Positions 41,656-51,802 of a stretch of 64,000 nucleotides of DNA are shown piece by piece. The DNA comes from an uncultured Nitrososphaerota archaeon (GTDB lineage Archaea; Thermoproteota; Nitrososphaeria; Conexivisphaerales; DTJL01): the NCBI GenBank assembly GCA_963842885.1, contig CAWJIE010000003.1:1-64000 (forward strand), read 5' to 3'. Below the pieces are notes generated by a model, which saw nothing but the letters and a program-made list of their open reading frames with translations, searched no databases and was not told the DNA's origin. Numbering within the stretch: the stretch's first letter is position 1; each line of letters opens with the position of its first letter. The position numbers and the translations under genes were made by a program.

Positions 41656-42372
41656 TCATACGGGAAGGGCCCCAATGAGGTGTCCAATCAAGTAGCCCAA
41701 GAACCCGGCTGATAGTCCGATTAACGTCATCTCTAGGCCGCTCCACCACATCGAGCCGACCGTCGTTCTTGCTTCATAGGCACCGATGAAAAAGAGCAGC
41801 GCCCCACTCAGGATTGCCGAAGCGATCGCACCAGAAGATATCGTCGCCGCAGTGACGAAGAGGAACGGGATCAGCGGCACGATCGAGCCGAAAATCGTGG
41901 AGGACAGCACGACTGCGAAGCTACGCCTCGCTGCGCCCTTGTCAACCGGAGCGAGCCTGTGTTCGAAGGACATCATGATTTCTAGCATCGCTTTCGGGTT
42001 CGACGCGATGTGGTCGGCTACGTCATCGATGTCTTTGCCTTCGTAACCCCACCCCTTCAAGATACTTCGGACCTCCTCAAGCTCAGAGGCGGGAACCTCT
42101 TTCATCTCAAGTAGCTCCCGAGAGACTTTCCTCATGTAGTGTCGGCGCCTGGCTTCAGTGGAAGTGTAGGCGGCAGCGCCCATCGAAATCGATTCGGCAC
42201 AAAGAGCCGCGAGAGCTGCAACGTAGACTATCCTCACATCGCTCGTTGCCGCGGAGACCCCCAGTAGGACGCCTAGCAGGGCGACCAGCCCGTCCTGGCT
42301 TCCCAGGATGAACTCCGACAGATACGGGTGCGAAGAGTGAGGTTCCTTAAGCGGTGTTTCCGACTTGGCCGT
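41656..42372 (-). CDS. VIT1/CCC1 family transporter (apparent ACG start)
   Basis: FILGSQDGLV, ESISMGA; open frame extends to ACG at 42372. Confidence 0.88.
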   Translation of the reverse strand, partial: TAKSETPLKEPHSSHPYLSEFILGSQDGLVALLGVLLGVSAATSDVRIVYVAALAALCAESISMGAAAYTSTEARRRHYMRKVSRELLEMKEVPASELEEVRSILKGWGYEGKDIDDVADHIASNPKAMLEIMMSFEHRLAPVDKGAARRSFAVVLSSTIFGSIVPLIPFLFVTAATISSGAIASAILSGALLFFIGAYEARTTVGSMWWSGLEMTLIGLSAGFLGYLIGHLIGALPV

Positions 42373-42551
42373 CTCTTCTCCCCCCGGCTACGATTGGAAG
42401 ACAGAAAAAACGAACTCTAGTTGATCGATCAGCAGGGTGCTTGTTCGTGAAGCCATAACCCAGGGTGAGCATTGCGCTCGCTTTTAGGGGTTGCTGCGTC
42501 GCATCCGTAAAGCCTATATCTCCCGTCTCGTCTCTGGGCGGAGGACAGACA

Positions 42552-42866
42552 ATGTTCGTACCAATGCTGCTGCAAGGTTCGGAATGGCTGATAGTGATCG
42601 TCATCGTAGTCGTTCTGATCTTCGGCGCCGGCAAGATCCCCGACTTGGCGAAGTCCCTCGGACGCGCCCAGGGCGAGTTCCAGAAGGCGAAGGTCGAGTC
42701 CGAGCTGGAGGTCCAGAAACTCAAGGCTTCGGCGTCGACTAGTCCCAGCCAGCCTTCCTCCGACGCGCGCGTCAGGATGATCAAGGCCGCCAGCGAGCTC
42801 GGCATCTCCACCGACGGAAAGACTGATGCCGAGATTTCGGCAGAAATCAAGAAGGCCCTGGCCTGA
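42552..42866 (+). CDS. tatA: Twin-arginine translocase TatA
   Basis: EWLIV..LIFGAGKIPDLAKSLGRAQGEF. Confidence 0.92.
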   Translation: MFVPMLLQGSEWLIVIVIVVVLIFGAGKIPDLAKSLGRAQGEFQKAKVESELEVQKLKASASTSPSQPSSDARVRMIKAASELGISTDGKTDAEISAEIKKALA

Positions 42867-43112
42867 ATCACCACTTCTGACCCGCAGGCTCCACACTGCG
42901 AAATCGTGTGGACGGAGACAGCAGGAGTCAGGACCACTGTCTAGACGTTGGCTTCGACGGGCTATTCATGGTGTAGCACAACCACCTGGAACGGCACGAG
43001 GGGCTGGCTCATGTCCCCGTGAAGTGAGCCCATCTTGGCAGTATCCGGCCCCAAGGGGAGAAGGCTTTAGTACAGGGAAGGCGTCTCCGGGATATCTGCA
43101 GGTGATTGCGGA

Positions 43113-43462
43113 ACGGCGATAAAGGGGTCGGAATGGGTCGCAGTCGCCCTGATAGGGTGGGCGTTCATCTCGGACACTGACAAGCTCCCCGAGAAGATGC
43201 GGTCCCTGGCCAAGGCGAAGCAGCAGTTCGACCAGCTCAGCGCCCAGGCGAAGGACGCCCTGGACAGGGCCGTGAAGAACTTGGAAGCGGAGGGGGGGAC
43301 GCGAAGGCCTCTCCTGTTCCCCTCACCGAGTCCGAGACCAGTGGGCCGCGCTCACTGATCGACCTCGCTCGCAGGCTCGAGGTCCCCACCGAAGGAAGGA
43401 CCGCCGAGGAGATCGCCGACTCCATCGCGAGCCGTGCTATCCATGCGGCGCAGCAATCCTAG
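43113..43462 (+). CDS. Second TatA/TatB-like protein (ACG start, frameshift in G7 near 43295)
   Basis: GSEWVAVALIGWAF..KLPEKMRSLAKAKQQF; C-terminal LARRLEVPTEGRTAEEI parallels TatA ASELGISTDGKTDAEI. Confidence 0.65.
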
Positions 43463-43544
43463 GTCGAAGGGCAGCCCGCGGGCAGGGGGACCCGGCGGAG
43501 ATGCCGACGCCACTACGTCCAGTTGGGCCGGCATCTTCAGCGGG

Positions 43545-45020
43545 ATGAAGGAGAAGCTGATGCGTACCCTCCGGTCCCGGGAATTGCGGCTCTTCCTGTT
43601 GGTCTTTGTCTTGCTCTTTGTCTCCATCCTACCCCTCTCTGGAAGCAATGAGAAGAGCCACTTTGCGCTGACGGCAGCCATGGCGTCCAACCACACGTTC
43701 GTCATTACGGGCTATGAGTCGTTCGCGATGTTAGATGTCAGCAACTATTCGGGCGCGTCCTTCAGCGCCTTGGCTCCCGGATTGTCCGTCCTGCTCTTGG
43801 TGCCCTTCGCGATCGGGACCTTCTTGGGGCCGGCGATAAACCCCTTCCTCGGAAGCTTCGCTGTAGCTGGCTACGCGACCGGTGGTGAAGTCCTCCTGGT
43901 CCAGCTGTTCTCAGCTATCTGCACCGCGGTCTCCGCGGTCTACGTCTACAAGTTCTGTCTGGCATTGGGGTCGAAGAGGACCTCGGCCACAGCGACCGGT
44001 CTGACCTATGCCTTTGCGACCATAGTATGGGTGTATGGCAAAACCAGCTTCGCTCATACATATTCAGCCCTCTTCTTGGTCATAGCGTATTACTACCTTC
44101 TCAGGGGGGCCATTCCCCGCAGAAGGAACATGCTGTTCGCGGGGATCTCTGCGGCATTGGCCGTTTCCGTCGAATACACGAACCTCCTGCTGCTTCTCCC
44201 CGCCCTGGCGCTCTTGGCGACGAAGCGAGGAAAGAGCACAAAGGAGTACGTCGCGTTCCTCTCTCCCATCGTCGCGGGGGCCTCTCTTTTGCTCCTTTAC
44301 AACTACGTCTGCTTTGACAACCCCCTCGTCTTCCCCGAAAGCCACTGGGTCGGCTATGGAGCGCCGGTCTCCGACCTGCTGAAGGAGTTTTCGACGCCCC
44401 TCCTCGTGGGACTGCAGGACCTCCTGGTCTCGACGGCCCACGGACTGTTAATGTTCTCCCCCATTCTCGTCCTGGCTGTCCCTTCCTTCATCCTCCTGGC
44501 GAAGAGAAGGAGGAAGGAGGCCCTCGTCTTTGCAAGCGTATTCTTCATCAACCTCGTGGTCTACGCAACATGGCATGAGCCGTCGGGAGGAGGTTCATAC
44601 GGTCCAAGATTCCTCGTCGCGTCCCTTCCCTTTCTAGTCGTGCCGATGTCTCTCTTGATTGAATCGATATACCGCGCGCGATCCACCGTTCCAAGATGTG
44701 GAGGGGTCCTCTGTTTGACGGGGCTCTTCTCTGCCAGCGTCGTGATTTCGTCTTTGGGGGCGGTCACTTCCCCTACTGGCGATTTCACCATCGTCTTTCT
44801 CCAGATCTTGTCGGGTCACCCCCCCGCCCTGTTCGACCCGCGGGTCCCTCTTCTTAGCGACCTCACATATCCGGTATTCTTCAATCCGGCGAAATTGTTG
44901 AACGTCTCCGAGCCGGCCGCGGCGGTCGCATTTTGGCTGCTCTTGGCGGCGTGCGCCTGTGGCGCGTTCGTCCTGGCCCTCCGGGATGTCAGGATGGAAT
45001 TGGTTGCAAGTCCTACGTGA
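43545..45020 (+). CDS. GT-C membrane glycosyltransferase (PMT/ArnT-like)
   Basis: Many TM segments; GLLMFSP and GGGSYGPRFL. Confidence 0.8.
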   Translation: MKEKLMRTLRSRELRLFLLVFVLLFVSILPLSGSNEKSHFALTAAMASNHTFVITGYESFAMLDVSNYSGASFSALAPGLSVLLLVPFAIGTFLGPAINPFLGSFAVAGYATGGEVLLVQLFSAICTAVSAVYVYKFCLALGSKRTSATATGLTYAFATIVWVYGKTSFAHTYSALFLVIAYYYLLRGAIPRRRNMLFAGISAALAVSVEYTNLLLLLPALALLATKRGKSTKEYVAFLSPIVAGASLLLLYNYVCFDNPLVFPESHWVGYGAPVSDLLKEFSTPLLVGLQDLLVSTAHGLLMFSPILVLAVPSFILLAKRRRKEALVFASVFFINLVVYATWHEPSGGGSYGPRFLVASLPFLVVPMSLLIESIYRARSTVPRCGGVLCLTGLFSASVVISSLGAVTSPTGDFTIVFLQILSGHPPALFDPRVPLLSDLTYPVFFNPAKLLNVSEPAAAVAFWLLLAACACGAFVLALRDVRMELVASPT

Positions 45021-45087
45021 ACGATGCCCTATGTGCCCGTGAGCTTTGGATGCAACCTTATTAGCATGTGCGGTCGGAGCCTGAGAT

Positions 45088-46203
45088 ATGAACTGTGCTA
45101 ACTGCGGGGCGCCGCTTTCCGACGATGCGTCATTTTGTTCCAAGTGCGGAAGTCCTACCAATCAGGGGGCCGGCATGGACCAGCAGACTGGTGGCGGCTC
45201 CGCTGCTTCACAATATGGTGCGCCAACTCCAGTCGCTGCTTCCTCCCCGAAGCCAATCATCGCTCCTTCAGGAGTGACTTCGCTGAAGTGCCCCACCTGC
45301 GGCGCTCCGTTAGCTCCCAAATTCGGCGAGATGGTGATAACCTGCGAGTACTGCGGGGCCAGCGTCACTTTGGGAACCCAGGGATGGGCAGACATTCAGA
45401 AGCAGACGATGCTCGCCCTCAAGGTCGCCAGCTCTGACCAAGTGAACTCCATAATCAAGCCGCTGATGGACAAAGGTCTCCTGCACAGACACCTTCAGGA
45501 GAACTCCACTCTGGAGGAAATGAGCCTCTCGTACGTGCCCTACTGGATCGTCAGCGTTTCCGCCCGTACGACCATAATCTCCGTGAATACCGCCGCGCAG
45601 ATTGGACAGACTGCTACGACCGCCGCCCTGATGGGCATCATGTTCGGCGGGATGGGCGGTGGATTTGGAGGGGGCGGTCGCGGAGGAGGCCGCAGACGCG
45701 CTCTGGAGTACGGCGGAATAGGACCCTTTGGCTTGTTCAGCGGGGGCTTCATGTCAAGTCCGATCATGGCCTTCGGAATGGGGATGGGATACGGTGGCGG
45801 AGGAATGAGGAAGACCGAGCAGATGGATGCGAACTACAGTTTTCCTGTGGTTGCACTGAAAGCGCTTACGGAATATCAGCCGCGGAGCTATCAATTTGAT
45901 CTCCAAGGCAGAACGCTGTTCGACATCACCAAGCTGCCCAAGAACATCAAGGTCCTCAACGGAGACATCAGCGAAGACGTTGCGAAATCTCAGGCAAAGA
46001 CCTTGGTTGACCAGCTGCAATCAGAGAGTGCGCACGCGAAATATCACATGATTCAGCAGATAAACACCCAGTCGGACGTCGGGGATGCGGAGTTGCTTCA
46101 CGCTCCGATATGGTTCGCCAGATATGATCACAAGGGGAAGAAGGTCGTGCTGGTCATCGATGCAAACTCCGGCAGAGTAATCAACAGCTTGGGTTTGGAG
46201 TGA
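45088..46203 (+). CDS. Double zinc-ribbon protein with Gly-rich insert
   Basis: CANCG..FCSKCG; CPTCG..CEYCG; YVPYW; IDANSG. Confidence 0.85.
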   Translation: MNCANCGAPLSDDASFCSKCGSPTNQGAGMDQQTGGGSAASQYGAPTPVAASSPKPIIAPSGVTSLKCPTCGAPLAPKFGEMVITCEYCGASVTLGTQGWADIQKQTMLALKVASSDQVNSIIKPLMDKGLLHRHLQENSTLEEMSLSYVPYWIVSVSARTTIISVNTAAQIGQTATTAALMGIMFGGMGGGFGGGGRGGGRRRALEYGGIGPFGLFSGGFMSSPIMAFGMGMGYGGGGMRKTEQMDANYSFPVVALKALTEYQPRSYQFDLQGRTLFDITKLPKNIKVLNGDISEDVAKSQAKTLVDQLQSESAHAKYHMIQQINTQSDVGDAELLHAPIWFARYDHKGKKVVLVIDANSGRVINSLGLE

Positions 46204-46318
46204 CGAGCAATCACGATGGCGGCGATGCTGTTTGAGATCAGCATGTGAGAATGAGGCAGTCGTCGATGATTAGAGTCAGTTCAGCCCGCCCGCACTTGAT
46301 GGGAGGAGAAAAAGCGAA

Positions 46319-47417
46319 ATGAAGATTTCAAGGATGATCGTCATAGTTCTGGTGGTCGTCATAATCGCGATAGTCGGTCTCTACGCATATACGAACCTGT
46401 TCGCCCCTCGAAACGAGCAGTTCGCCATGGGATTCGGCACCTGGGTATCCCCTTCAGGTTGGCGGAACGTTCGGTGTGGCCGGGCAGCAGTGCGTCAGCA
46501 ACGGGCGTACATCTATTGCATCGGGGGACAGGATGCCAACGGGGGCCCGCGCAGCGAGGTATACTCCTCCTCGGCGATCTCTTCGTCTTCCGCTAACATC
46601 ACCAGCTGGACATCCGACTCCAATCAGTACCCCCAGACCATAAACGGCCAGGCATGCGTGGTCTATTCCGGCTATGTGTATTGCGTTGGAGGGAGCTACG
46701 ATGACGGCGGTGATGACATTGCTTCGAGTTACTTTGCGCCTCTGAGCAGTGGCGGCGTCGTAGGGAGCTGGAACGTCCACAACGGCGTATCCCATCTCGA
46801 TAGACAGCCAGTCTTGCGTGGCTTCATCCGGATACATTTACTGCGTGGGAGGGAATAATGAGACAGACGGTACCAACGCTGACTCCGTTGCGAGCAGCTC
46901 CGTCTGGTATGCCCAGCTCTCCCCTTCGGGCATCGGTCCCTGGAGCGCTTCGACGGCCTATCCCGAGAACCTCTATTATTCGAGCTGTTACGCGGCCAAC
47001 GGCTACATCTACTGCTTGGGGGGCGCTGACAGTGGCAGCAACCCCGCAAGCGCGGACTATTACGCACCTCTTTCTTCCGCTGGCGTGGGGACGTGGACAC
47101 AGACGACGGCTTATCCAGTTCAAGGAAGCGGTCTGGCCTGCGCAATCTCATCGGGTTACATCTACTGTGTCGGGGGACAGGGGCAACTGAACTTGTACAT
47201 AGACGCCATTTACTACGCGCCGATATCATCTGGAGGCATAGGGACCTGGGAAAAGGCGGCCAACTACCCCCTGAGCGTGGAGACGACCTGCGTCATCTCT
47301 TCGGGCGACTTGTATTGCATAGGAGGTTTCGACAGTAGCTCGGTAGGCGAGAACAACGCCGTCTACTACATCTCCCTCGCTTCGCTCTCTGGCGCGACCT
47401 CGTCCGGCCAGGGATGA
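46319..47417 (+). CDS. Membrane-anchored Kelch-like beta-propeller (frameshifts near 46430-46500 and 46780)
   Basis: Six C..SGYIYC(V/I/L)GG repeats across frames. Confidence 0.8.
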
Positions 47418-47579
47418 ACAAGATGGTCTTGCCCGCGTGATTTCTCAGCGCGTTGTGAAATCTGCAGGTGGCCGAGCATGAGGTTCCATCGCCGTCAGCC
47501 GCCAACTTCACGGTTCCGTCTGGGAATCTGAAGCCCGCGACACTGAGTGACACATTGCTGAAGTCCAGTGAATCAAGGC

Positions 47580-47622
47580 TTTGGATATCTATTGCTGCTG
47601 GAAAAGAAATTAATATCATCGG
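47580..47622 (-). repeat. Dispersed repeat copy (inverted orientation)
   Basis: TTGGATATCTATTGCTGCTGGAAAAGAAATTAATATCATC. Confidence 0.85.
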
Positions 47623-47897
47623 GGCGATGACCTACGGCCAAGTCACGTCGGCGTAGTAGCTGTTGCCGGCGACTGTCACGACATCGGCCCGCCAGATTGC
47701 CAAGATGATTCACTATGTGCTGTGCCTATTCCTCCGCGAGTTCAGGATTCGCCTCGTCGGGTTCTCCAATAGAACGGTTGACCAGGGGCCCGAAGAGACT
47801 CCACCCTTCACTTGCCTGCGGCGGAATCTTAGGTCTGCGAAGCTCAATTGCGGCGGCTGGAGAGCTGATATACGGGGAGGTCCGAAGCGAGTGACGC

Positions 47898-48560
47898 TTG
47901 AGCCCCACGGCCAAGGCGATCGCCTCCACACTACTTGTGCTGCTGGCGATCGCAGTCACAGCCGCCATCATCGAATCAGGATCTCAGTTGCAGACAGATA
48001 CGACCGCAAGGTCAGACGAACTCGTGCAAGCGTTGTTCATCGTCGCACTCGTTGTCGCGCTCTCGATCTTCCTTCCCGGTGCAATCGGGGCTCCCTGGGT
48101 CCCGACTTCGAGGGGCGTGGTAAGGCGCATGCTCGTCATGGCCGACGTCAGGCCTGAGGAAGTCCTCTATGACCTAGGCTCCGGTGACGGTAGGATCGTC
48201 ATAGCGGCGGCCAAGGAGTTCGGCGCGACCTCCATAGGAGTCGAAATAGACCCCTTCCGCTACCTCTTCTCTAGCATCAGGATACGCATCCTTGGACTTG
48301 GAGGCCGAGCCAGGATAGAGTGGAAGAGCTTCTACAATGTGGACCTTGGCAAAGCCGACGTTATAACACTTTACTTGGTGCAGGGGACGAATGACAAGCT
48401 GAAGCCCAAGCTCGAGAGGGAGCTGAAACCAACGTGCAGGGTGGTCTCCCATGTGTTCAAATTCAGCGGCTGGAAGCTGCTGAAGGCCGACGAGAAGGCA
48501 GCCATCTACGTGTACTCTCCTCTACCACCTGGTTCCGACAAGCAAAGACAGGGAAAATAG
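47898..48560 (+). CDS. Membrane-anchored class I SAM-dependent methyltransferase
   Basis: GAPWVPT, YDLGSGDGRIV, VVSHVF. Confidence 0.9.
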   Translation: MSPTAKAIASTLLVLLAIAVTAAIIESGSQLQTDTTARSDELVQALFIVALVVALSIFLPGAIGAPWVPTSRGVVRRMLVMADVRPEEVLYDLGSGDGRIVIAAAKEFGATSIGVEIDPFRYLFSSIRIRILGLGGRARIEWKSFYNVDLGKADVITLYLVQGTNDKLKPKLERELKPTCRVVSHVFKFSGWKLLKADEKAAIYVYSPLPPGSDKQRQGK

Positions 48561-48660
48561 GGGAAAGGATTACGATATCCTCAAGACCGCCAACTTAGCA
48601 GAACCCCGCCCCTGAATCATTAAATACCGGGCCGCTGGGAAATCGAACCGATTTGTATTG

Positions 48661-48819
48661 ATGAGAGACCCGGTATGCGGAATGATGGTTGACGAGAAGA
48701 AGACCAGACTAAAGTCTGAATACAGCGACCAGACCTTCTACTTCTGCAACGCCATCTGCAAGAATGCATTTGACAAAGACCCAGGCAAATACGCCCATAT
48801 GAAGCAAAGGTCGGGCTAG
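48661..48819 (+). CDS. YHS/TRASH domain metal-binding protein
   Basis: DPVCGMMVD..FYFCNAICKNAFDKDPGKY (below ORF-track cutoff). Confidence 0.92.
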   Translation: MRDPVCGMMVDEKKTRLKSEYSDQTFYFCNAICKNAFDKDPGKYAHMKQRSG

Positions 48820-48986
48820 CAATAGCCATTCCAATCGTCTTCTGAGGGCCGCCACCGCCTGATCCGTAACATATGTTGCGGTAAGCGTCGAAGACCCCAA
48901 AGTCCTGCGCACCGCCCAGGACTCTGGTTTGGTGAGAGCTATAATTCGATTCGGAGCACCCATGGAAGACTTGCAATGGGTGAATC

Positions 48987-49032
48987 TGGATGTCTGTTGC
49001 TGCTACAAAGGTTTGCGATATCCTCAAGGCCC
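48987..49032 (-). repeat. Dispersed repeat variant (inverted); related pieces at 48562-48586 and 41566-41605
   Basis: TGGATGTCTGTTGCTGCTACAAAGGTTTGCGATATCCTCAAGGCC. Confidence 0.65.
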
Positions 49033-49127
49033 GCTGGCGTGCGCGGGTCAGTCGAAGTCTTCGGACCGTCATTCCGAATGCAAAAGGAGATAAGGGGAGC
49101 GACGCCGGACCGAAGTGCTAGCACAAC

Positions 49128-49511
49128 ATGAGTCTACAGGCTCTGGAAGGCAAGAAATACATCAGCCTTGAGACCTATCGTCGCAACGGGGCAGGGGTTC
49201 CCACACCCGTCTGGTTCATTCTGCAGGAGAATCACGTCTTCGTCTGGACCATCTCCACCTCAGGAAAGGTGAAACGCATGCGAAACAACCCACACGTAGC
49301 AGTCGCCCCCTGTACCATGCGCGGGGAGCCCCAAGGGCCATACGTCGAGGGAGTTGCGACCATGTTTGACGATGACTCCTCTCAGGAGTTGCGCAAGGCG
49401 TTCAAATCGAAATACGGCCTGATGCTGCTCTTGGACAGGGCGGTGCCGCGGCTGGGGAAGAAGGAGAAGCGAGTCTTCGTCTCCATCACTCTGTCCGGCT
49501 CCCATGCATGA
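49128..49511 (+). CDS. PPOX-class F420-dependent oxidoreductase
   Basis: YISLETYRRNG..TPVWF..SGKVKRMRNNP.V.VAPC..RG. Confidence 0.92.
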   Translation: MSLQALEGKKYISLETYRRNGAGVPTPVWFILQENHVFVWTISTSGKVKRMRNNPHVAVAPCTMRGEPQGPYVEGVATMFDDDSSQELRKAFKSKYGLMLLLDRAVPRLGKKEKRVFVSITLSGSHA

Positions 49512-49523
49512 TCCTACGGCGAC

Positions 49524-49630
49524 GATATCAGTTGCTACTGGGAAGAAATCAATATCATTGACCTGATCGGTGATGACGCCTCTGTCGATTAGTCATCTTC
49601 ATGTTATTGAGAACAAATAGGCCAATTGAA
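49524..49630 (-). repeat. Near full-length dispersed repeat (inverted)
   Basis: GATATCAGTTGCTACTGGGAAGAAATCAATATCATTGACCTGATCGG..TCATCTTCATGTTATTGAGAAC. Confidence 0.85.
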
Positions 49631-49691
49631 CTAAAGAAGGGCCGCCCAGCGGTTGCCTTAGTTTTGGGCATCTACTTAGTGCTGGAAGAGA

Positions 49692-50534
49692 TCACAGCAC
49701 CCTCCCTGGCTCGGACGTCTTTCTGCAGACGATGAGCATATGATCGCTAGAACCGACGGCTCCTGGATGGGTGCAGTACCGCCGGTGGGCGTACATCCAG
49801 GCTTGCCACCTCTTAGGGTCCTTGGACAGCTTGTTGAGCTGTCTTTCGAGAGCCGACGGCACCCACTCGAGGGCAGCCATCTCAACTGTCTCCGCACCTG
49901 CTCCTTCGAAGAGGGCACGCAGTTCCTCAGGCAGGAAGAAGTGGCAGGCCGTGAATTCCCGCTCCCCCAAGTAGTCGCCGGCATCGCAGATGCGCCTGAA
50001 CATGGGAAGCCCGATTTCGTGCTGAAAGGACGCCAGTTCAATGTGGAACACCCCCAGCAAGCTCATAACGGAGACGAACACCGGAGCTTCCGGCTTGGCC
50101 ACACGGAGAAGCTCCCTGGCCGCTTCCTTTCTCCTCCTCTTGTTCAAGACGTGGGAGAGGGGCCCGCCCAAGCACAACACCGCGTCAAAGGAGCTGTCAG
50201 AGAATCTTGACATGTCGTCGATCGAGCCCTCCAGCACGCCGTCTACCATACGAGAGAGGCCCCTCCTCTTGATCATCCTCGAAGCGAATTCCAGGTTTGC
50301 CGATGCAATGTCCAGCAACGTGACCGTGTAGCCATCTTTCGCCAACTCCACCGTATACCTTCCAGGCCCGCCACCAGCGTCGAGGATGTGGCCGCGCCTC
50401 GGCAGGTACTTGTGCAGGAAGTAGAGAGTCGTCTCGAATTCAAGCCTTCGATAGGCCCCACGGGTGAGCCTCACCCATTCCCGCCTCACATTCTTCGTGT
50501 AGTACTCCTTGACGTCTCTCAAGTGTCGGTCCAT
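49692..50534 (-). CDS. Class I SAM-dependent methyltransferase
   Basis: ILDAGGGPGRY, FDAVLCLGGPLSH. Confidence 0.93.
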   Translation of the reverse strand: MDRHLRDVKEYYTKNVRREWVRLTRGAYRRLEFETTLYFLHKYLPRRGHILDAGGGPGRYTVELAKDGYTVTLLDIASANLEFASRMIKRRGLSRMVDGVLEGSIDDMSRFSDSSFDAVLCLGGPLSHVLNKRRRKEAARELLRVAKPEAPVFVSVMSLLGVFHIELASFQHEIGLPMFRRICDAGDYLGEREFTACHFFLPEELRALFEGAGAETVEMAALEWVPSALERQLNKLSKDPKRWQAWMYAHRRYCTHPGAVGSSDHMLIVCRKTSEPGRVL

Positions 50535-50795
50535 GCGAAGGCGGCGGCTTAAATCCGTTACCGCAGGACGGCTCTGGGACTCCTCCGGTTGCTGTCCGTA
50601 CTGGCGTCATCGCACAACAGCAGACAACGACACAGAGTATAAACCTGAGACCCGCAGACCGGGATTGGAGCCGCGGATGGCCGCTGCGGAAGGAAAGGCA
50701 ACGCTCTTTCCTCACAAGCGAAACCATCGACGGCGTGGGCAAGAGTGCTTCAAAAGAGGAATCCTAAAAGAGGGGTCCGCCATCACTTTGCAAAT

Positions 50796-51200
50796 GTGAA
50801 AGCCTCCGAAGTGATGAATGTGAACATAATCAAGATCCGACCCGACGCGTCCCTTTCCGAAGCCGCAAGGCTCATGCTGAGCCTCGACATCGGGAGCCTC
50901 CTCGTGGTCGAGGGGGCCAAGCTGAAGGGGATACTTACCAAGAGTGACTTCATCAGGCTCGTCGGCAAGAAGAAGGGGGCGAGATTTGTGAAGGACATCA
51001 TGTCCAGCCCGGTGACGACGGCTTCTCCAGACACGAACCTGATTGAGATAGCTAACATCATGAGGCTGAACCGAATAAGACACATACCCGTCGTCGAGAA
51101 AGGATCCGTGGTGGGGCTCGTCACGGACTTTGACATAGCATGTTTCGCAGCCTCCGACCTGGGCCGCATTCTGACCATGTTGAAGCCTCCCAAACTCTAG
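50796..51200 (+). CDS. CBS domain pair protein
   Basis: GILTKSD, VKDIMSSPV, IRHIPVV..GLVTDFD. Confidence 0.9.
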   Translation: MKASEVMNVNIIKIRPDASLSEAARLMLSLDIGSLLVVEGAKLKGILTKSDFIRLVGKKKGARFVKDIMSSPVTTASPDTNLIEIANIMRLNRIRHIPVVEKGSVVGLVTDFDIACFAASDLGRILTMLKPPKL

Positions 51201-51802
51201 TCGTGGGCCGGTCCCTCTTGGCGGCTAAGCACCAAATCAACACGCTCAAAAGGTCACAAGTCTGGAGCTAGGGTGTCCTCCTCCTGTCTGGCGAGCGCCT
51301 TATTGCCAAGTGATGGTGCTTTCGTAGCTGTTGCCGGCGGTGTTGCTTCAAGATCATCGCTAGGTCCGATACCGATGCGGGGAACAGACGACGTTCCCCG
51401 ACACCACGTCGACCAAGCAGCTGTCGCCTGTGCCCCGCGCCCGCAGTTCACTTCTCCTGTCCGTCATTAGCTTGGGTCTGGCCTCTGATGAGCTCGCTGC
51501 AGGCACATGGCAAGGGAAGTCGCCGCCATGCCAAGAGAACGTGGGGAACGTCGTGGTGTGGCGGAGAACAGGTCGGACTGAGCGTAGAACGCCCATGGAA
51601 CGAGCATAGAACGTGCGTGTAACGTAATGGGAACTTGGGAGAACGCTTGCAAATTCCAAGGGTCGCCTTGCCAACGCATGTCCGACTGCTCCGTCTGATT
51701 AGGCCGTGGACCTGAGCGGTGCTCATACCCAATTGGGTTCGGATACCGTCTATCAGGCCATTCGATCTGCTCCGTCACGCGACCTGGATATAGCGAAGCT
51801 GG

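Noticed and set aside
17-49630. Classical integron attC array
   Set aside because: Repeats lack evident RYYYAAC..GTTRRRY palindromic ends, intervening genes are in both orientations, and no IntI is present
51200-51800. ORFs in 51.2-51.8 kb, 19.9-20.4 kb, 60.7-61.3 kb and 62.2-62.6 kb gaps
   Set aside because: No recognisable motifs; probably decayed fragments
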